Positions 36,246-49,357 are shown, numbered from the whole stretch's first letter. The stretch is DNA of 63,207 bases, filler included, from Hyphochytrium catenoides (GCA_900088475.1; 10 parts of 10 records of this genome joined end to end with filler, not necessarily neighbours in it); one strand, 5' to 3'. Made by a program: numbers and translations. Notes: generated by a model not told the origin, from the letters alone.

Positions 36246-38325
36246 TAGAGTGTGGGCGGAACCCAACAATGTACGGGGGAGCAAGAGACATGTCCTTGAT
36301 AGCGTTTGCCTCGTCTCTAAAAGTGTCTTTCCACCGTCCCGGTCCCAAGAAAAAAAGTGCGCCTGTAGCCTTGCTACCACTGATGCTAAAAGTGTCTACC
36401 TAATGTAAAGTTCCAAGGGACTACTTTCTGGCCTACCCTGTCAGAGCCCATCATAGTTATTGAAATCGTTCGAGTTGGCGTCTGCTGTCTTGCTTTTTCT
36501 TCGCTGCATTCTCCTTTTTTTTATTAGGAGTGATTCAACTGAGCGATGGCAAGAGGTGAGTGGCGGGGCATTCAAGCTTACAAGAGGCAGTCGGTGCCAT
36601 GACCCAGTGAAGAAGACGCAAAAAAAAAAATCCTTCAGCAAAACCCAGAACTTGTCCTGCTGGGGTGCGCTTTCATTGACCCTCTTGCCAATCTATAGCC
36701 TAGGATGCTATATGATTCAGCAGTTCAAAGGCATAACCCTGCAAGCTTTTTTGTTTTTCTCTCTGCATAAGCAAGATGATATCGCTTGTCATGCCTAGTT
36801 CGTAGACGTGGTGGCCACTTCTTTCTGTAGGTCGCCAGCCTCTTAATAGACTTTCACCGTCGGAATGCCAAACAGAAAAGCCAAACAGAAAAGGAAGCTA
36901 TGCAGGAAGTGACAGATGAACGGCTCAAAACAGGTAGGCTACCCCTTCTATCTTGTCGATCTTCCTACCTCCACCAGTCCGACTCTTAATCTGGCCTCAA
37001 GAAAGCACAATAATCTTCAAACGATTTTGATGTTGAACAGTCACTTTGTCACTGAGCACTCGTGCTGCATTATTTGATCCCTCCTCTCCCTCGTCAACAA
37101 TCACAAGTAATCTAATATTGTCCTCTTGTTTGTTGTGGGCGTCTTTATGAGGATCTATATTTGTACTCGCCAGCGGCCCTGACCACCGGCGGACGGCAGT
37201 ATCGCCAAAGCAGGAGCATTATTTAGTAGAGAGCTGAGAATTCACGACAAAGATTGTACCAGGTGGCGGACACTGCGATCTACCACGAGAAGAGTTCACT
37301 AACTTCCTTACATAAAAAAGCGTGCATAAGAGCTCATGGCAGCGATAACGAGGAGCGAGCGAGCAGCACAAATAAAGCACCCAATCGACCCTGTCTGTGG
37401 TCCACTGTGCGGCGTCTTCTGCACTACCCATCATCAGTCACTGAGTAGCGGGACGAGGTTACATGCGTTTATACAGTCATAAAGGCTTTACACTTCATCA
37501 CTTCCAGTACACTCATTCCAAATAGACACTAAGTGATTATCGATTATCACAGGCGTTACAGAGCCATCATGCCGGTTTGGGTGGACCTTTCGGCGGCAAA
37601 CATCAGAACACAGGCTCGCTCCTCTAGGTCCACAGATATAGCCGTTAGCAGCTGAGAGTGGGGTATAGAGAGGCAGGAAAGAGGGAGCCAGGGAGCGGGA
37701 AGAGAAAGAGGATGAGGACTCCCGCCAATGGCGATGTCAACTGTGCATTCTTGTTTGTCTCTCCTTCTCTTCGCTACAAGGATACCTTAGCAGCAATCAA
37801 GATGAGGCCAGAGAGTACCATCAAATGGAGGCATCCACCATCCCTGTTCCTGGTTGAGCTCCTCCCCCCAGAATGATGGCCGGAAGTCAAAGCTCTTTTC
37901 TTGTTCCCTCAAGACAGAAGAAGAGGAGGTTGATGACGACAGGAGGAAAGAAGCATGTCGACGACTGACAGTACCCATAAGAGACCATCACTCGTGTTCG
38001 CCCAATGCCTGCTGTTTTAGTGCCTGTTCTTTCTAGGTTGATGATCCTTCCTCACCTCCCCCTCCTTGCCTGCGGGATGAGATGCTCTCTTAGCATTCGA
38101 CACAGTTCATTTGCCTCACCCCTCTGTCGTCTCTTTCTGAGTGTCGCGTTCTTGCCATCTCCTAAACAGACAGTGGGCATCTGAATGTTTGGTGGGTGCA
38201 CGATAGTACCTCGTTAGCTGATGAACCTCACTTCTTAAGTTACCAGCCAACCATTAAACGAACCCACCAACAACCAAGCCCAACAACAGCAGCTTCTAAC
38301 AGCCGCAACAACAATCCCCACAAAG

Positions 38326-38811
38326 ATGGTTTTCACCCAAATCAGTATCATTTGCATTCCAGTTTCTGACCTTGATCGCGCCATACAGTTCTACGAACGG
38401 GCCTTGGGTATGAAGGTCACTGACGATGTCACCTTCAAAATTTCATGCCCGGAAGCTCCTCCAGAGATGCAGGGCAAAGAGGCCCGATGGGTTGAGCTCG
38501 CCCCTTCCTCCAGCACTGGTGAACAATACGCTAGAGTGGGACTGTCTAACGTTCCACCTCGGGGAGGCTTGTTGCCTGGAAAGCTTGTCGACGTCGTCTT
38601 TTTTGGATCTGATGACTTGGAGGCGGACTATGGCAAACTAAAGGAAAAAGGTTACCAAGTCTCCAAGCCTCAGACGATGCCTGGGGGTCTCTTCAGCAGC
38701 CTAAAGGACCCAGATGGCAACCTGCTTTGGCTCCATCAAAATGGAAGTGATAAGGACCCCAAGTACAATACGCTTCTCCAGGGTCAACTATCGGAGCCTA
38801 CTACCGCTTAA
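38326..38811 (+). CDS. VOC / glyoxalase / bleomycin-resistance family protein, paralog 2 (161 aa, intronless)
   Basis: Same motifs; about 79 percent identical to paralog 1 by hand alignment. Confidence 0.95.
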   Translation: MVFTQISIICIPVSDLDRAIQFYERALGMKVTDDVTFKISCPEAPPEMQGKEARWVELAPSSSTGEQYARVGLSNVPPRGGLLPGKLVDVVFFGSDDLEADYGKLKEKGYQVSKPQTMPGGLFSSLKDPDGNLLWLHQNGSDKDPKYNTLLQGQLSEPTTA

Positions 38812-40800
38812 AGATGGGCAAAAGGTGCACCAGGCAGAACTTGTGGAGAAATTAAAAGAAGAGTCTCTTCTTCTTTGGGATCTTTTGTTGCTATTTTTCC
38901 TCTTCTGTTTCTCATCTCACAAGCACTCGTGGACCCTAGTAGGTAGTGCATGTTGCTCCGATTAACATAGGCTTAACTAGGACTAAAGGCTTAAAAGATA
39001 ATTGTTCCGCGGGAAAATCTGCTGAGGTTCCTCGCTCGGTCTGCTACCTAGAGTAAACTCTCAATGTTGGTTGGACACTTCTTCACCCTGAACTTGTTGT
39101 TGGGCGACAGTTATGCCGCCTGCTTGCTACAGTTCCCTCTTCCTTCTTTTGCACTACTGAACGAGCATAGAGCAGTAAGACAGCTATGGGCAGAACACTC
39201 TGGTGATCCAGGACATTCTACAAACGCTAACTGTTCTGCGGCAGCGCATAGGTCTAGTCAGCTGTGCTTCTATCCATTGCCGCTGGTGTCTAGATTTTGA
39301 GCAGGCGGCGGAGGCTGAGGCTGACCGAGGAAATCTGAAAGTGACGGAGGAGGTCAGCCCCATCCTACAACCGCGCCAGGAAAACCTAATATCCCTCCCT
39401 GAATAATCCACCAATCAAGAAGGATAATCAGTCTGCCTTACGACTCTGGAGTGCAAAGATATGGGCCTTGTACGCGACGTTATCTTCTTTCCCACCTGAT
39501 AGGAACATGGTGAAAGGCCTGGGAAACGACAGATGATCAGCTCTCCAGCTAGCTGACAATCTTGCCCCTGCTCGGCGGCAGGTTATCCAATGGTAAAGTA
39601 GGTGAAGAAGAGGAGAGAAAGCACCTGATGACCACACTATTAAGCAAGGTGAACTCTGCGAAACCTGTCTGGCGCTTTCCTGCATTGAGTGAGGCGGTCA
39701 AGAGATACGGCAAAGAAAACGAGAGTAAGAGCTGTGGACAAGATACACTTTAGCCTTCTTCTGTGCACTTGGCTTTGGTTATATGTGGACTTTCTCAACT
39801 ACTGGCTACCTGATCGACCGCTGGATGAGGAGGACCGGCCGGTGGACGGGATGCACCCTCTCCTCTTGAAAGTATCCTCAGGACGGCGGGTAGTCCTGAC
39901 TAGATGAGTCAACTAATGGCTCTGATGAATGATGCTCGCTCTATCCCTTTCTTTCTGCTCTCTTGCTCTTTGCATGTTCTTAGGATAGCCTCTTTGTTCA
40001 CTCTCTCTTGCATGTTCCTATTTCTATCTATGCATTCTCAGGTAGACTGACTCTCTCGCAAGGGAGACTCTTTCCAACCTCAATATTCATTATTCATTCA
40101 ATAAACTTCTCTCTGAAGTAGGAATGTGTAGTTTCTTCCGCGCGCTTCCGCAAAGTCTTCCTCCTCTACGTAGACCTTGATTGAAGTGAGGCCTGGCTAG
40201 CCAAAGTACAGACGAAGCACCTCCTCACTCTCCTCAAGGGCCGTCTTTGGTCTTCTTGCATTCCGCTTTCCTATTACTTTTGGCACCACAGAACACTAGG
40301 CATGTCCAGCGAACTGCAGCGGCAACCTAAAGATAGGAGCCCCTGTCCGACTGTTGCCAACCTTTTCGATGTCAGCTAAACAGTTATACAAGCCAATTCA
40401 CTCCTGTCTCAATTAGGGCCAACCCTTTCCTGACTAGTGTTATTGAGACATATAACTCACTGAAGTGTGTGAGGCGAGAGCAAGGGTGCCAAGTATGGTC
40501 GTACAGGTGAAGAAACAATTAATCGGTTCACAGGGCCAAGCCAGGCAAGCAGCGATAAGGAGACTCAAAGAAAGGCTCAGACGTAAGTATTTATCGGCGG
40601 GCATTCTGCTACCTTGGGTCTCCACCATTACTCTTGCTTGTTTCTTTCCCGGTTGACAGGGAGATATTAGGGAGAAAGGGACAGGAAGGGAATGGACTGC
40701 AAACAAAGACGGACTGAAAGCAAGGTGGCACGGCTTGTCAACTTAGGCAATCGCCGATATCTAGGTGACGGCGGGCAATTGAGTGTTTGTTCATAAGATG

Positions 40801-41045
40801 GCAGAAGAATCGGCAGCGGTGGGTATACTCCTTCCTCATCATGGGCACGTTGTGGAGAGAAGGTAAAGCAACCTATGCTCCGTCAAGCTGTTCCTCCTCG
40901 GTATTATTCCCTCTTCTCCTCAGCAGAAGAATTGGCAGAAGTCTACTACTCTTTCCTTAGCATGGGCACGTAGCGGAAAGAAGAAGGTAAAGCAACCTAG
41001 CTTCGTCAAGCTATTTCCTCCTCTGTGAATTTCTCTTCCTCCTCC
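40801..41045. repeat. Two-copy ~122 bp diverged tandem duplication
   Basis: GCAGAAGAAT...CATGGGCACGT...GAAGGTAAAGCAACCTA...CGTCAAGCT starts at 40801 and again at 40923. Confidence 0.85.
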
Positions 41046-41328
41046 CCTTCTACAAGACACTTGGTAGAAGGCTGGTGTTGCTCAGTTCTGTCTACTGCCA
41101 CTACTTCCTCTACATGAAGAACAGCTACTCTTAACTCCGAAGCCTGTCAATGGTAGGGCTATCTTTGTCATGGGATACGCGCGGCGGCCAGTTTCAAGAT
41201 GTGCCTAGTAGGTACTCAGAATGTGGAGACAACGTGCATTTTGTGAATTGAATGGCTTAACAAATGGCTACTTTGATGACAAAGCCTTCGACCCTTGTTA
41301 CACCTTTTTTCTTCCACACTTCGCAGCT

Positions 41329-41823
41329 TTAGGCAGCGGTGGGCTGCTGCTCTTTCTTCTTATTGAGCTGAGTATTAAGCTTTGGGTCTTTCTCGCTTCC
41401 AGCCTGGTGCAGCCAGATTCTGTTCCCATCAGGATCCTTCACACTGCAAAAGAGTCCGCCAGGCATGGGCTGTGGCTTGGTCACCTCGAAGCCCTTCTCA
41501 TTTAGCTCTTCATAATCAGCCTCCAAAGTCTCGGTATCCAGGAAGAGCACATCGTTGAGCTTGCCGGGAGGGATGTCCTGTTTTGGACTCGTGATAGAGC
41601 ACATGCCAATCCTCGTAGTGCCGCTAGCGGCAGAAGCTGGACCCAACTCCACCCAGCGCGCCTCTTTTCCCATCATCTCAGACGGAGTATCAGGGCACTC
41701 GCCGCCCACAGTGAAGGTTTCATCCTCTTTGACCTGCATGCCCAGGGCTTCTTGATAGAACTTGATGGCACGGTCCAAGTCCTTCACTGGGACAGTTATG
41801 ATGCTCACGCTGGAGACAACCAT
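41329..41823 (-). CDS. VOC / glyoxalase / bleomycin-resistance family protein, paralog 3 (164 aa, intronless)
   Basis: Start assigned to MVVSSVSII (ATG at 41823) by alignment with paralogs 1 and 2. VKDLDRAIKFYQEALG, RWVEL, VKDPDGNRIWLHQ. Confidence 0.93.
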   Translation of the reverse strand: MVVSSVSIITVPVKDLDRAIKFYQEALGMQVKEDETFTVGGECPDTPSEMMGKEARWVELGPASAASGTTRIGMCSITSPKQDIPPGKLNDVLFLDTETLEADYEELNEKGFEVTKPQPMPGGLFCSVKDPDGNRIWLHQAGSEKDPKLNTQLNKKKEQQPTAA

Positions 41824-43410
41824 CCTTTTAGAAGCACGACTCCAACTCTTGAGTAGCTTATAGAGAGGGTTATTGTTGGCTTGGATGAACTGTTGCTTGA
41901 GGAGGTTCAGGGTCTGGCCTTCCCGAGAGCTTTTGTTGGAGCAGGAAAACTGGAAACTGAGGAGTTGGCCAGAAGAGCACGGCAGTGACACTACTTGGAT
42001 ACTGAGCAGGAAGAAGGTGGTGAGATCCTTAGGTCTGCCAATAAACTGGGAGGAGAGGAAGGAGGGGACCAAGAGGAGGGTGAATAGGACGAGTCTGGTT
42101 TCGTGAAAAGAATCATCATGGTGGAAAGGTTAAGATCCAGGTCGGGGAGGGAAGAGAAGAGAGAGGAAAATGGTTCTGCACTTGTCCGATAGCTGCTGGC
42201 GGTTGTTGGGCGGGAATCTCAGTCCAGATCCTGAGCGCGGGAGATGAAAAAAGAAAGGAAAAAGGGCGAGACAGAACATTCGTCAGGCAAGGGCACTAAA
42301 CCACCCGCTGTTGTGGGTCCCGCTTTTGTCAGGCTTCTCCTCTGTTCCTCCAACTGCGGTAGTTGCTTTGGCCTCCTCTCCTTTCCCACTTCCTGGAGCA
42401 GGAGGCGGGCTCGACAGGCCGCCGCTGCTGCTAATCGATGACACCAAACCCAGCTGCTGCTGGTAACGAGCTCTTTGTGCTACTGTACAACTGTAGTACC
42501 AACGGCACACTCTTCTGATAATTAGACGAGCACATGCAGCTCAGAAGAGTAGTGCTACACCTGCAGGAAGGAGGAGAAAGAAGAAGGACAGAAGACGAAG
42601 AAGAAGGACCATCACTCTCCTGCTTCGGATCCGCAGGCCCCTGCAGTAGTGCACTTCATCTCATTCATCATCACTCTGGGCCAGGATGGCAAACAGTCTC
42701 AATCCCGCCGCCCACCCACCCCAGCCTCTCACCCCCCCACGAAGGCTCCCTCCCAGTTCCCGCCCGCCCCACACCCATGACGACTCCTTCCCGCCTCCCG
42801 CTCTATATGGGCGTTAGCGGCTGGCACTGCAGCAACCATGGTGTGGCGCTGCTTGTAGTAGTTAGGCTGTGAGAACGGTACAGTGGGTGTAGCCCTAGCC
42901 TATCAGCGAGGAGTAGGGCCAGTTCTTGGGTGTGTTTATTCTGGTCTGACATTTGGCGGGAGCGAGACAGAGGGGTGAGAGAGAGAGATGTTTCCCTTAG
43001 CAATCGGAGCCTTGCCGTAGAGTCAGAGACAAATCATAGATGGGAAAACCAATGAGCCAGAGAGTGAGAGAGGCAAGAAAATGATACATCGCGGATGGAA
43101 ACAGATGAGAACATACGGAAACGGAGAGTAGAGAGATAAGAGAACGTGATAGAGAGAGAGATAAAGGAAAGAAATAGAGATAAAGCTAAGAAAGAGAGAG
43201 AGAGATAAGAGAGAGAGAGACAGATGGAGAGACAGAGGGACAGAGAGAGGGGGAAAGGGGAAGAGACAGAGGAAGTTTCTGCTTGGCATCGTCTGCTGAG
43301 GGGGCGACCATCACTCCATTGGCCCGCTACCCTGTGCCTTTCTGTGGAAGGAAAGAGAATAAAGACCAAAAACCAGAGGATTGACCAGATGATTGAAGCT
43401 GCTGTTCTCG

Positions 43411-43483
<73 letters not shown>

Positions 43484-44693
43484 CTTTCCCCTTTCTTATG
43501 TAATCTTCATCCGGCCTCCGGCGCTCTGCTGCTTCTCTCTGGTCATCGGCTCTCCTCGTTCTTCCCTCCAGCTGTCAAATGCTTGAACTGCTTTAAAGTT
43601 CTCTCTTTGTTCTCTGCGGCTCTCTTTGTTTACTTTCCTCCCGGGCCGCTCAGACGCATCACCATCTCCGCTCCTCTTCTCTTGCTTCGAACTTCTCCTG
43701 TCGCCCACACTTTCTCTATCTCTTGAGTGCTCACTCTATCCAAGCGTGTTAGAGAGAGAAGATAACCGCCTAACAGAGAGAAGTCCTCCTTCCAGATTCC
43801 CTCCCTGTCCCTCTCGCTTGTCGGCCATTTCTGGGCGATTCTTTCTCGCTTCAAAGCTCCCTGACATTCTCTTATCGGTACTCTACGCCTCCTGCTGCAG
43901 GCATACAAGCGGATGTAGAGAAAAATTGCGTCTCTTACCATCCCTCAATAGGAAGAGAGAGAAGACTCAGCCATGCAGCGCCCCCATACTAGCTACCACC
44001 GTTGGCCATAGACCCAAGACAGTGCTCAGGCTGAGCGCCAGCGGCTGCAGCAGGGCAGCTTTTTCTGCTGCCCCATCTAACGCTTGCTGCTTCCCCCTTG
44101 CTTTATTTTTCCTTTACTTGTCGCCTCCCCATAGCTGGTCCTTCTTTCTCTCTCACGTCAACCTTATCTCTCTGCTGCTGCTTGTCTTGGCTACATTGCG
44201 CTAGCTGGCTGGGAGCCAGTTTGCCCTGCCTTATTAGTCCCACAGCACTCTCTCAGTCCCGCTCTTCTGCTTTAGTGACAGTGAGCGTCAAAGAAGAAGC
44301 CGAGGGTAATCTGCTGCCAGAGTGCACGTTTTCTACTGCTACCTCTACCACCCAGCAAGCCGCTGACGCTAGGGCTAAAGACAGGTAGAGACCAAGGCAA
44401 AGGATGAGCTTCCCTTTGACCGATCTCTTGCGCCGCTCTTTTTTCTGCTGCGATCATTTACCAACTTGGCATCATCCCTTTCCTCAAAAGTCTGTGCAGA
44501 GGCTTGGACTCCTAGCACCTCGACGATGAGCCCTGTCAACAGTCACTTTTGCGGCCTCTCTTCAGAGTTTCAGCTATTGACAGTTGCCTAGCCATGCTCG
44601 CGCGTTCGGACTCATCATAACCCTCTTTCTGCTCGTCTTGCTATTGCTCAGAAAGAGGACTATCCGACTGAAAGGCAAAGAGCTAGAGCTGCC

Positions 44694-46200
44694 ATGGGTT
44701 CCTCTCCGGCGGACTTTGTCTTCCATAGCCAGATCGAGTTCCAACGGCTCCTTCTTCAAAGAGAAAGACACAGAAGAAAAGAAGAAGAGGCCGGAGAACC
44801 CGATTTAGATGGAGGAACAGTCGCGTCTCTGCTAGACGACGACTCAACCGGTAGTTCTTATGAACTTAGTCGTAGCGCAGCAGGAGTTCTTTTCTCCAAG
44901 GAGAGAAGCGAGAGAAAGAGTCTTCCCCCTAGGCTGGGAGAAGATGAAAGGGGAGAGAGAGACAGCAGCGTTGTCCGGCGGAGAAGGAGAAGTTTGACGT
45001 TGACAGTTGGAAGCAAGGACGTGACAGAAGCAAAAAAAAGGACAACCTTGGGACTGAAAACGAGAGAACATTCTGGCCTTCATCCGGAGCGCTCTCCTCG
45101 AGGCTTTCTGAAGGCTCTGGCAGACAGTTTGAAGCACAAGAATGCAGCGGCACCAGCCGGAGCCGGTACCACCGAAACCATCCGTCTTCTTCCCTTTCAT
45201 CCTCCTCCAAAGCACACCGCAGCTCCTCATCAGCCGCTTCACCGTCGTCTTCCACCGCGACCACCAAAGGAGCTAGATGATGAAGGATGTGCGGCCGGTG
45301 AATCAAGAAGTTCTTCTGCCGCCTTCATAGCCGCGACCTCGTCGCTTGTTTGTCCTTGTCCTGCAGCGAGTGAGGATGGACCTACTCCAGCGTTTAGTCA
45401 CGAAGAGCGAGAGCGCATACGAGAGCTTGTTGTTGATCCACAGGACGTGTTATACAGGCCAGCTGTCTGATGACAACTTTGCTGGTCGGCACACGAACAG
45501 TAACTTTGTTGCTGCCCCATGGCTGCTGCTGGCCTGATGTTTTTTAAAAGTCGCATAGAGTCGGCCTCCGCGGGTTTTAAAGCCTATCCTTGTTGTCCTC
45601 AATGAAAAGCTTGCTGTCTTTATGTAATGAGTCTGCCTCTGTTAGATCCGTGGGACAGTCCCTAATTCTCTCTGCTGTTGACCTACGAATGACCGTGAGC
45701 AGAGAGAGCAAGGAGCTGCTGCCGCAGGCCGTGTCGAGTGTCCGTCCATATCTTCTAAAGATTTCCGTCTTGTGCTATTCTAGCAGCTGCTCCGCAGGGA
45801 GAGAGTAGGAAAGACTTTTGCATCCATTAACTAGACGAAGCGCCTCTGAGGTTAAAGTTTCTTAAATATCAGCCACCGCTCACAGGAGGTAAAGATAGCC
45901 CCATGGCCACCTTTGGCTGTTGTCGAACTTTATGCCCAAAGTATGCACTCACCTTGTGGGACAGGCTGCTAGAGAATGGCAAGACAGGCGTCCCAAAGTG
46001 GAACGCTCCTCTGTCTTTTGCAGCGATATTTGAGGGCTGTACGGCGTCCATGGCACAGCTGCTGACAAAGAATCCGTCCACCACTCTTCTGACTCTACCT
46101 GCATTTGCCTCGAAATCTCCTAGAACGAAGCCATCACTCTTGCTGCAGAGAAGGTGGAGAGGATGGGCGAGCTATGCTGAGGATGCCAGGAGTCGCTCGC
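44694..46200 (+). pseudogene. Possible degraded protein-kinase-like gene
   Basis: A 258-aa low-complexity ORF ends in LVVDPQDV. Fragments in different frames (HLWLLSNFMPK, TLWDRL, KW..LSFAA / DI*GLYGVH) resemble kinase subdomains V-VIa. No HRD or DFG seen. Confidence 0.25.
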
Positions 46201-46699
46201 AGCAAGAGCTCTCATTAGTTGGCGCTATTATAATTATTAGATTGAATAATAGCCTGCCTACTAGCCTTCGCTCATAATAATCTCCGGAGTGCTGGCGCTG
46301 AGTCTACAGGAGGGTAGACCATGGCTCACCAGGGTCTCCATTAACTCAGCCTGGCCATCACGTTTCTTTCTCTCTCTCTCTGCCCTCCCCCACTTCTCTC
46401 TCACTCAATCTCTCTCTCTCTGCCGCCCTTTTCTCTCTCAAACACAGGCTCTCTCTAACACAGGCTCTCTCTCTCACTCTCTCTCTCTCCCCCTCCCTTT
46501 CTCTCTCTCCCTTTCTCGCTCCTAAATTTTTTTCCTGCCCATAAGTTCAGCAGCACATCGCACTCCCCCATGGCAAAGGACAGAAGACGAGAACCGCAGA
46601 CATTGTAACGAGAAGAGGAAGCTTCCGAACGAAAGAATGATGCTGCCTTTCTCGCCCTCGACGTCTTTCCAACCTTTTCTCTGTTCCACAGACTAGCTA

Positions 46700-49357
46700 C
46701 TATTTAGAGCATTCTGGAGGCAAATCAAAGGCATCATCCTTCGTCCTGTCAGAAGCAGAGAATCCCAACCCCCTCTTGGCAAAGCCTTTCCAGATCTCAC
46801 ACTGGTTTGCACCTTTTGACCTTTGTGTCTCCGCAGCCAAGATCGCGTCTCTGGCCTGGACGAAGGTTGGATTGCAAGGCTGGAGCTTCATCCCATCGAT
46901 GACGAGCTGCATGGTCACAGTGTTCCCTTTCCCGCTCTGCGCCGACTTCACGTTTGCGGAGAAGCCGAGCTTGTCCACTAGGTTCCAGTACACTTCCATC
47001 AGAAGAGAGGCCCAGATCTCACCTATGGCGTGGACTTCTTGTCTCTTTCTCTCTTTCAATGCGGAGAATGTTAGAGGATTCACCTGGAGAGACGTCGAGT
47101 ATGGAGCAGTGCGGATGCCGTTCGCTTTCCCTGTCACATAGGCCCCGACGGCGAAGCTATCGTCTCTCTTGTTTGTTGCTTTCATTCCTAGGACAACCCC
47201 AAAGAAGTCTGACCATCCCTCGCCCATCCCGCCGGCCTCTGCGGATGACAGACAGTTCGCATTAGCAGGCCCTCCGGTCAGCCTACTGGACAGACCGTGG
47301 GTCAGCTCATGGATAACCACGTCATTAGACAGGGCACCGTCTCTCTCTGGCTGTACACGATTGAAGAGGAACATGCGCATTCTCCCTGGACGGCCATCGG
47401 GAGGAGCGGCAAAGACAGCGTTGTTCTTTCCACTTCCGTCCTGCGCCGTGGCGATGACAGGATCGTTTCCTTCGAAGCTTCCTGTCTGGGCGTTGAAGCC
47501 GTAAGCGCTGTAGATGTCGTGCACAGCGTTANNNNNNNNNNNNNNNNNNNNNNNNNNNNNNNNNNNNNNNNNNNNGTCTCTCAGATTGTCCGGATTATCA
47601 AATGCAAGGACGTTAGCGCCTGTTGTCTCACCGACGGGACCTTGGCCGAGATCGTGCCAGCCTTTTGGAGAGAAACTCAGATCCTGAGGGTCCGTAATGA
47701 GTTGTCTGTCTCCCTCCAGAAGAGAGTTCTGTCCAATGGGAATGACCCGGTAAGACACGTCTCGGATCCCTTCCTGAAGCTTTCTCTTTCTCTCTCTCCT
47801 TTCTCGGCGTAGAAAGGTGAGAAGATCATCGCTGTCTCCTTGCCTGATTCTCTCCTTCTCAGCCTTGAGGATCTGCTCTGCTGAGAGAGAGGCAAAGAGA
47901 TGTCTTCCTGTTTGCCCTCCTCCTCTCACGGGAGTAGAGGACGAAGACCGCGCGGAGCGAGGGGGAAGGAGAAGCTCCATGGAGCCAATAGTGATAGCAT
48001 TTCCTAGGTTCCTCTCCTCCTTTCTCTCTCCTGACAGTGCTTCTTCATCTCTTTCTGCCCCTTCTGCTTGCAGAGATGAGGAGGTAGAGAAGCGAGGGAC
48101 TGAAGAGTGGGATGTCCAGTCAGTGACGGCCACTAAATCTCCCGTCTCTGCGTTAACAAAGGCATTCAACCTGTCAATTGAGCAGCAGAGGACAGAGGAA
48201 ACGACAGAGAGAGAGAGACAAGAAGCGGAGGATAAAGGTGAGAGATAGGGGGAAGAAAAAGACCCACAAAGAGAGAGAGAGGGGAGAGAGAGGTGTCGAG
48301 GAGGGATATGATTAGCAAGAGCACGCTCGCCTAAGACGATAAGTGGAACGGCAGCACACGTCGGTTTTCTCTCTCTTCATTTACTATATATCCTCTGTAT
48401 GGCCCCTTCTTCGTCTCCTCTCATCTTTCTTTCTTCTTTCTCGCTCTCTCTCTTTTCGCCCTCCTTCTCTCTTCCCCATAGAGTTCTCCTCTCTTCGCTC
48501 CATCGCCATCATCTCTCCTGCTGTTTGGCTCTGTCCTATTAGATTCGTACTGCTTACCAGTTATTAGGCATCTCCACCTCAAGGCTCCAGACCAGCTCCA
48601 ACGTCCGGTCCGGCGTCTGAAGATATTTCAACGTGACAGGCACTTCTCCTCCCAGGGCGAAAGAAGCGCCTTTCACTCTTGTTTCTCTCTCTCCCTCTTT
48701 CTCTTCGACCAGCTCAAGCTCTGGGCTTGTCCCATTCCCATCTCCCCCCATCCCGAGAGCGCGGGCAAAGCTCTGGACAGCCGAGAGAGGAGAGAGAGAA
48801 GGCGCGCCTTTCTGTGCGGCTTCGCTTCCAAAGCCCATAGAGCTAACATTAGCCCAAGTTGACGTCCAGGTAACGACTCTCTCTCTCTGGCTCTCGCTCT
48901 CTCCTGGGCCTACCACCACCTGCACGCCAGCATTATCTATAGGAACACCGTTAAGGCTCTGAGAGAGATGGAGATGGTAGAGGCCAGTGCCGGGATCAGA
49001 GAAAGAGAAAGACTTCACTGTGTTGTTAGGCACATTCTCTCTCCCCAGCTGCTGGGCGCAGAACTGATAGGCAGCGACTTCCAGGGGAGAGGAGGACGGA
49101 GAGAGAGACGAAGCGGGGAGGAACTGTTCATCTTTGGGCCCAAGAGAGAGACCAGATGAAGAGAAGGTAGCCACGGGTTGCCAGTAAGAGGGAAAGGAGG
49201 CGGTGACTGAGGAGGGAAAGAGAGAAGAAGAGAAAGAAGTGTCACTCTCTTCCTCTGCCGCCACCGAGAAAGCGAGAACAGCCACACAGAAGAGGACAAG
49301 GGAAGACTCCTTGGAGCGTCCTAATAAGGGCACCCGAGTCCGAAGAAGAGGATACAT
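46700..49357 (-). CDS. Secreted M36 (fungalysin) zinc metalloprotease, two exons
   Basis: Exon 49357-48558 has a signal-like LVLFCVAVLAFSVAA and an FTP propeptide (GLYHLHLSQSLNGVPIDNA). It splices in phase (NNW|LNAFVNAETG) to exon 48170-46700, which has HELTHGLSSRLTGG, GGMGEGWSD, EVHAIGEIW, LQPCNPTFVQARDAI and IWKGFAKRGLG. Internal N gap at 47532-47575. Confidence 0.96.
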
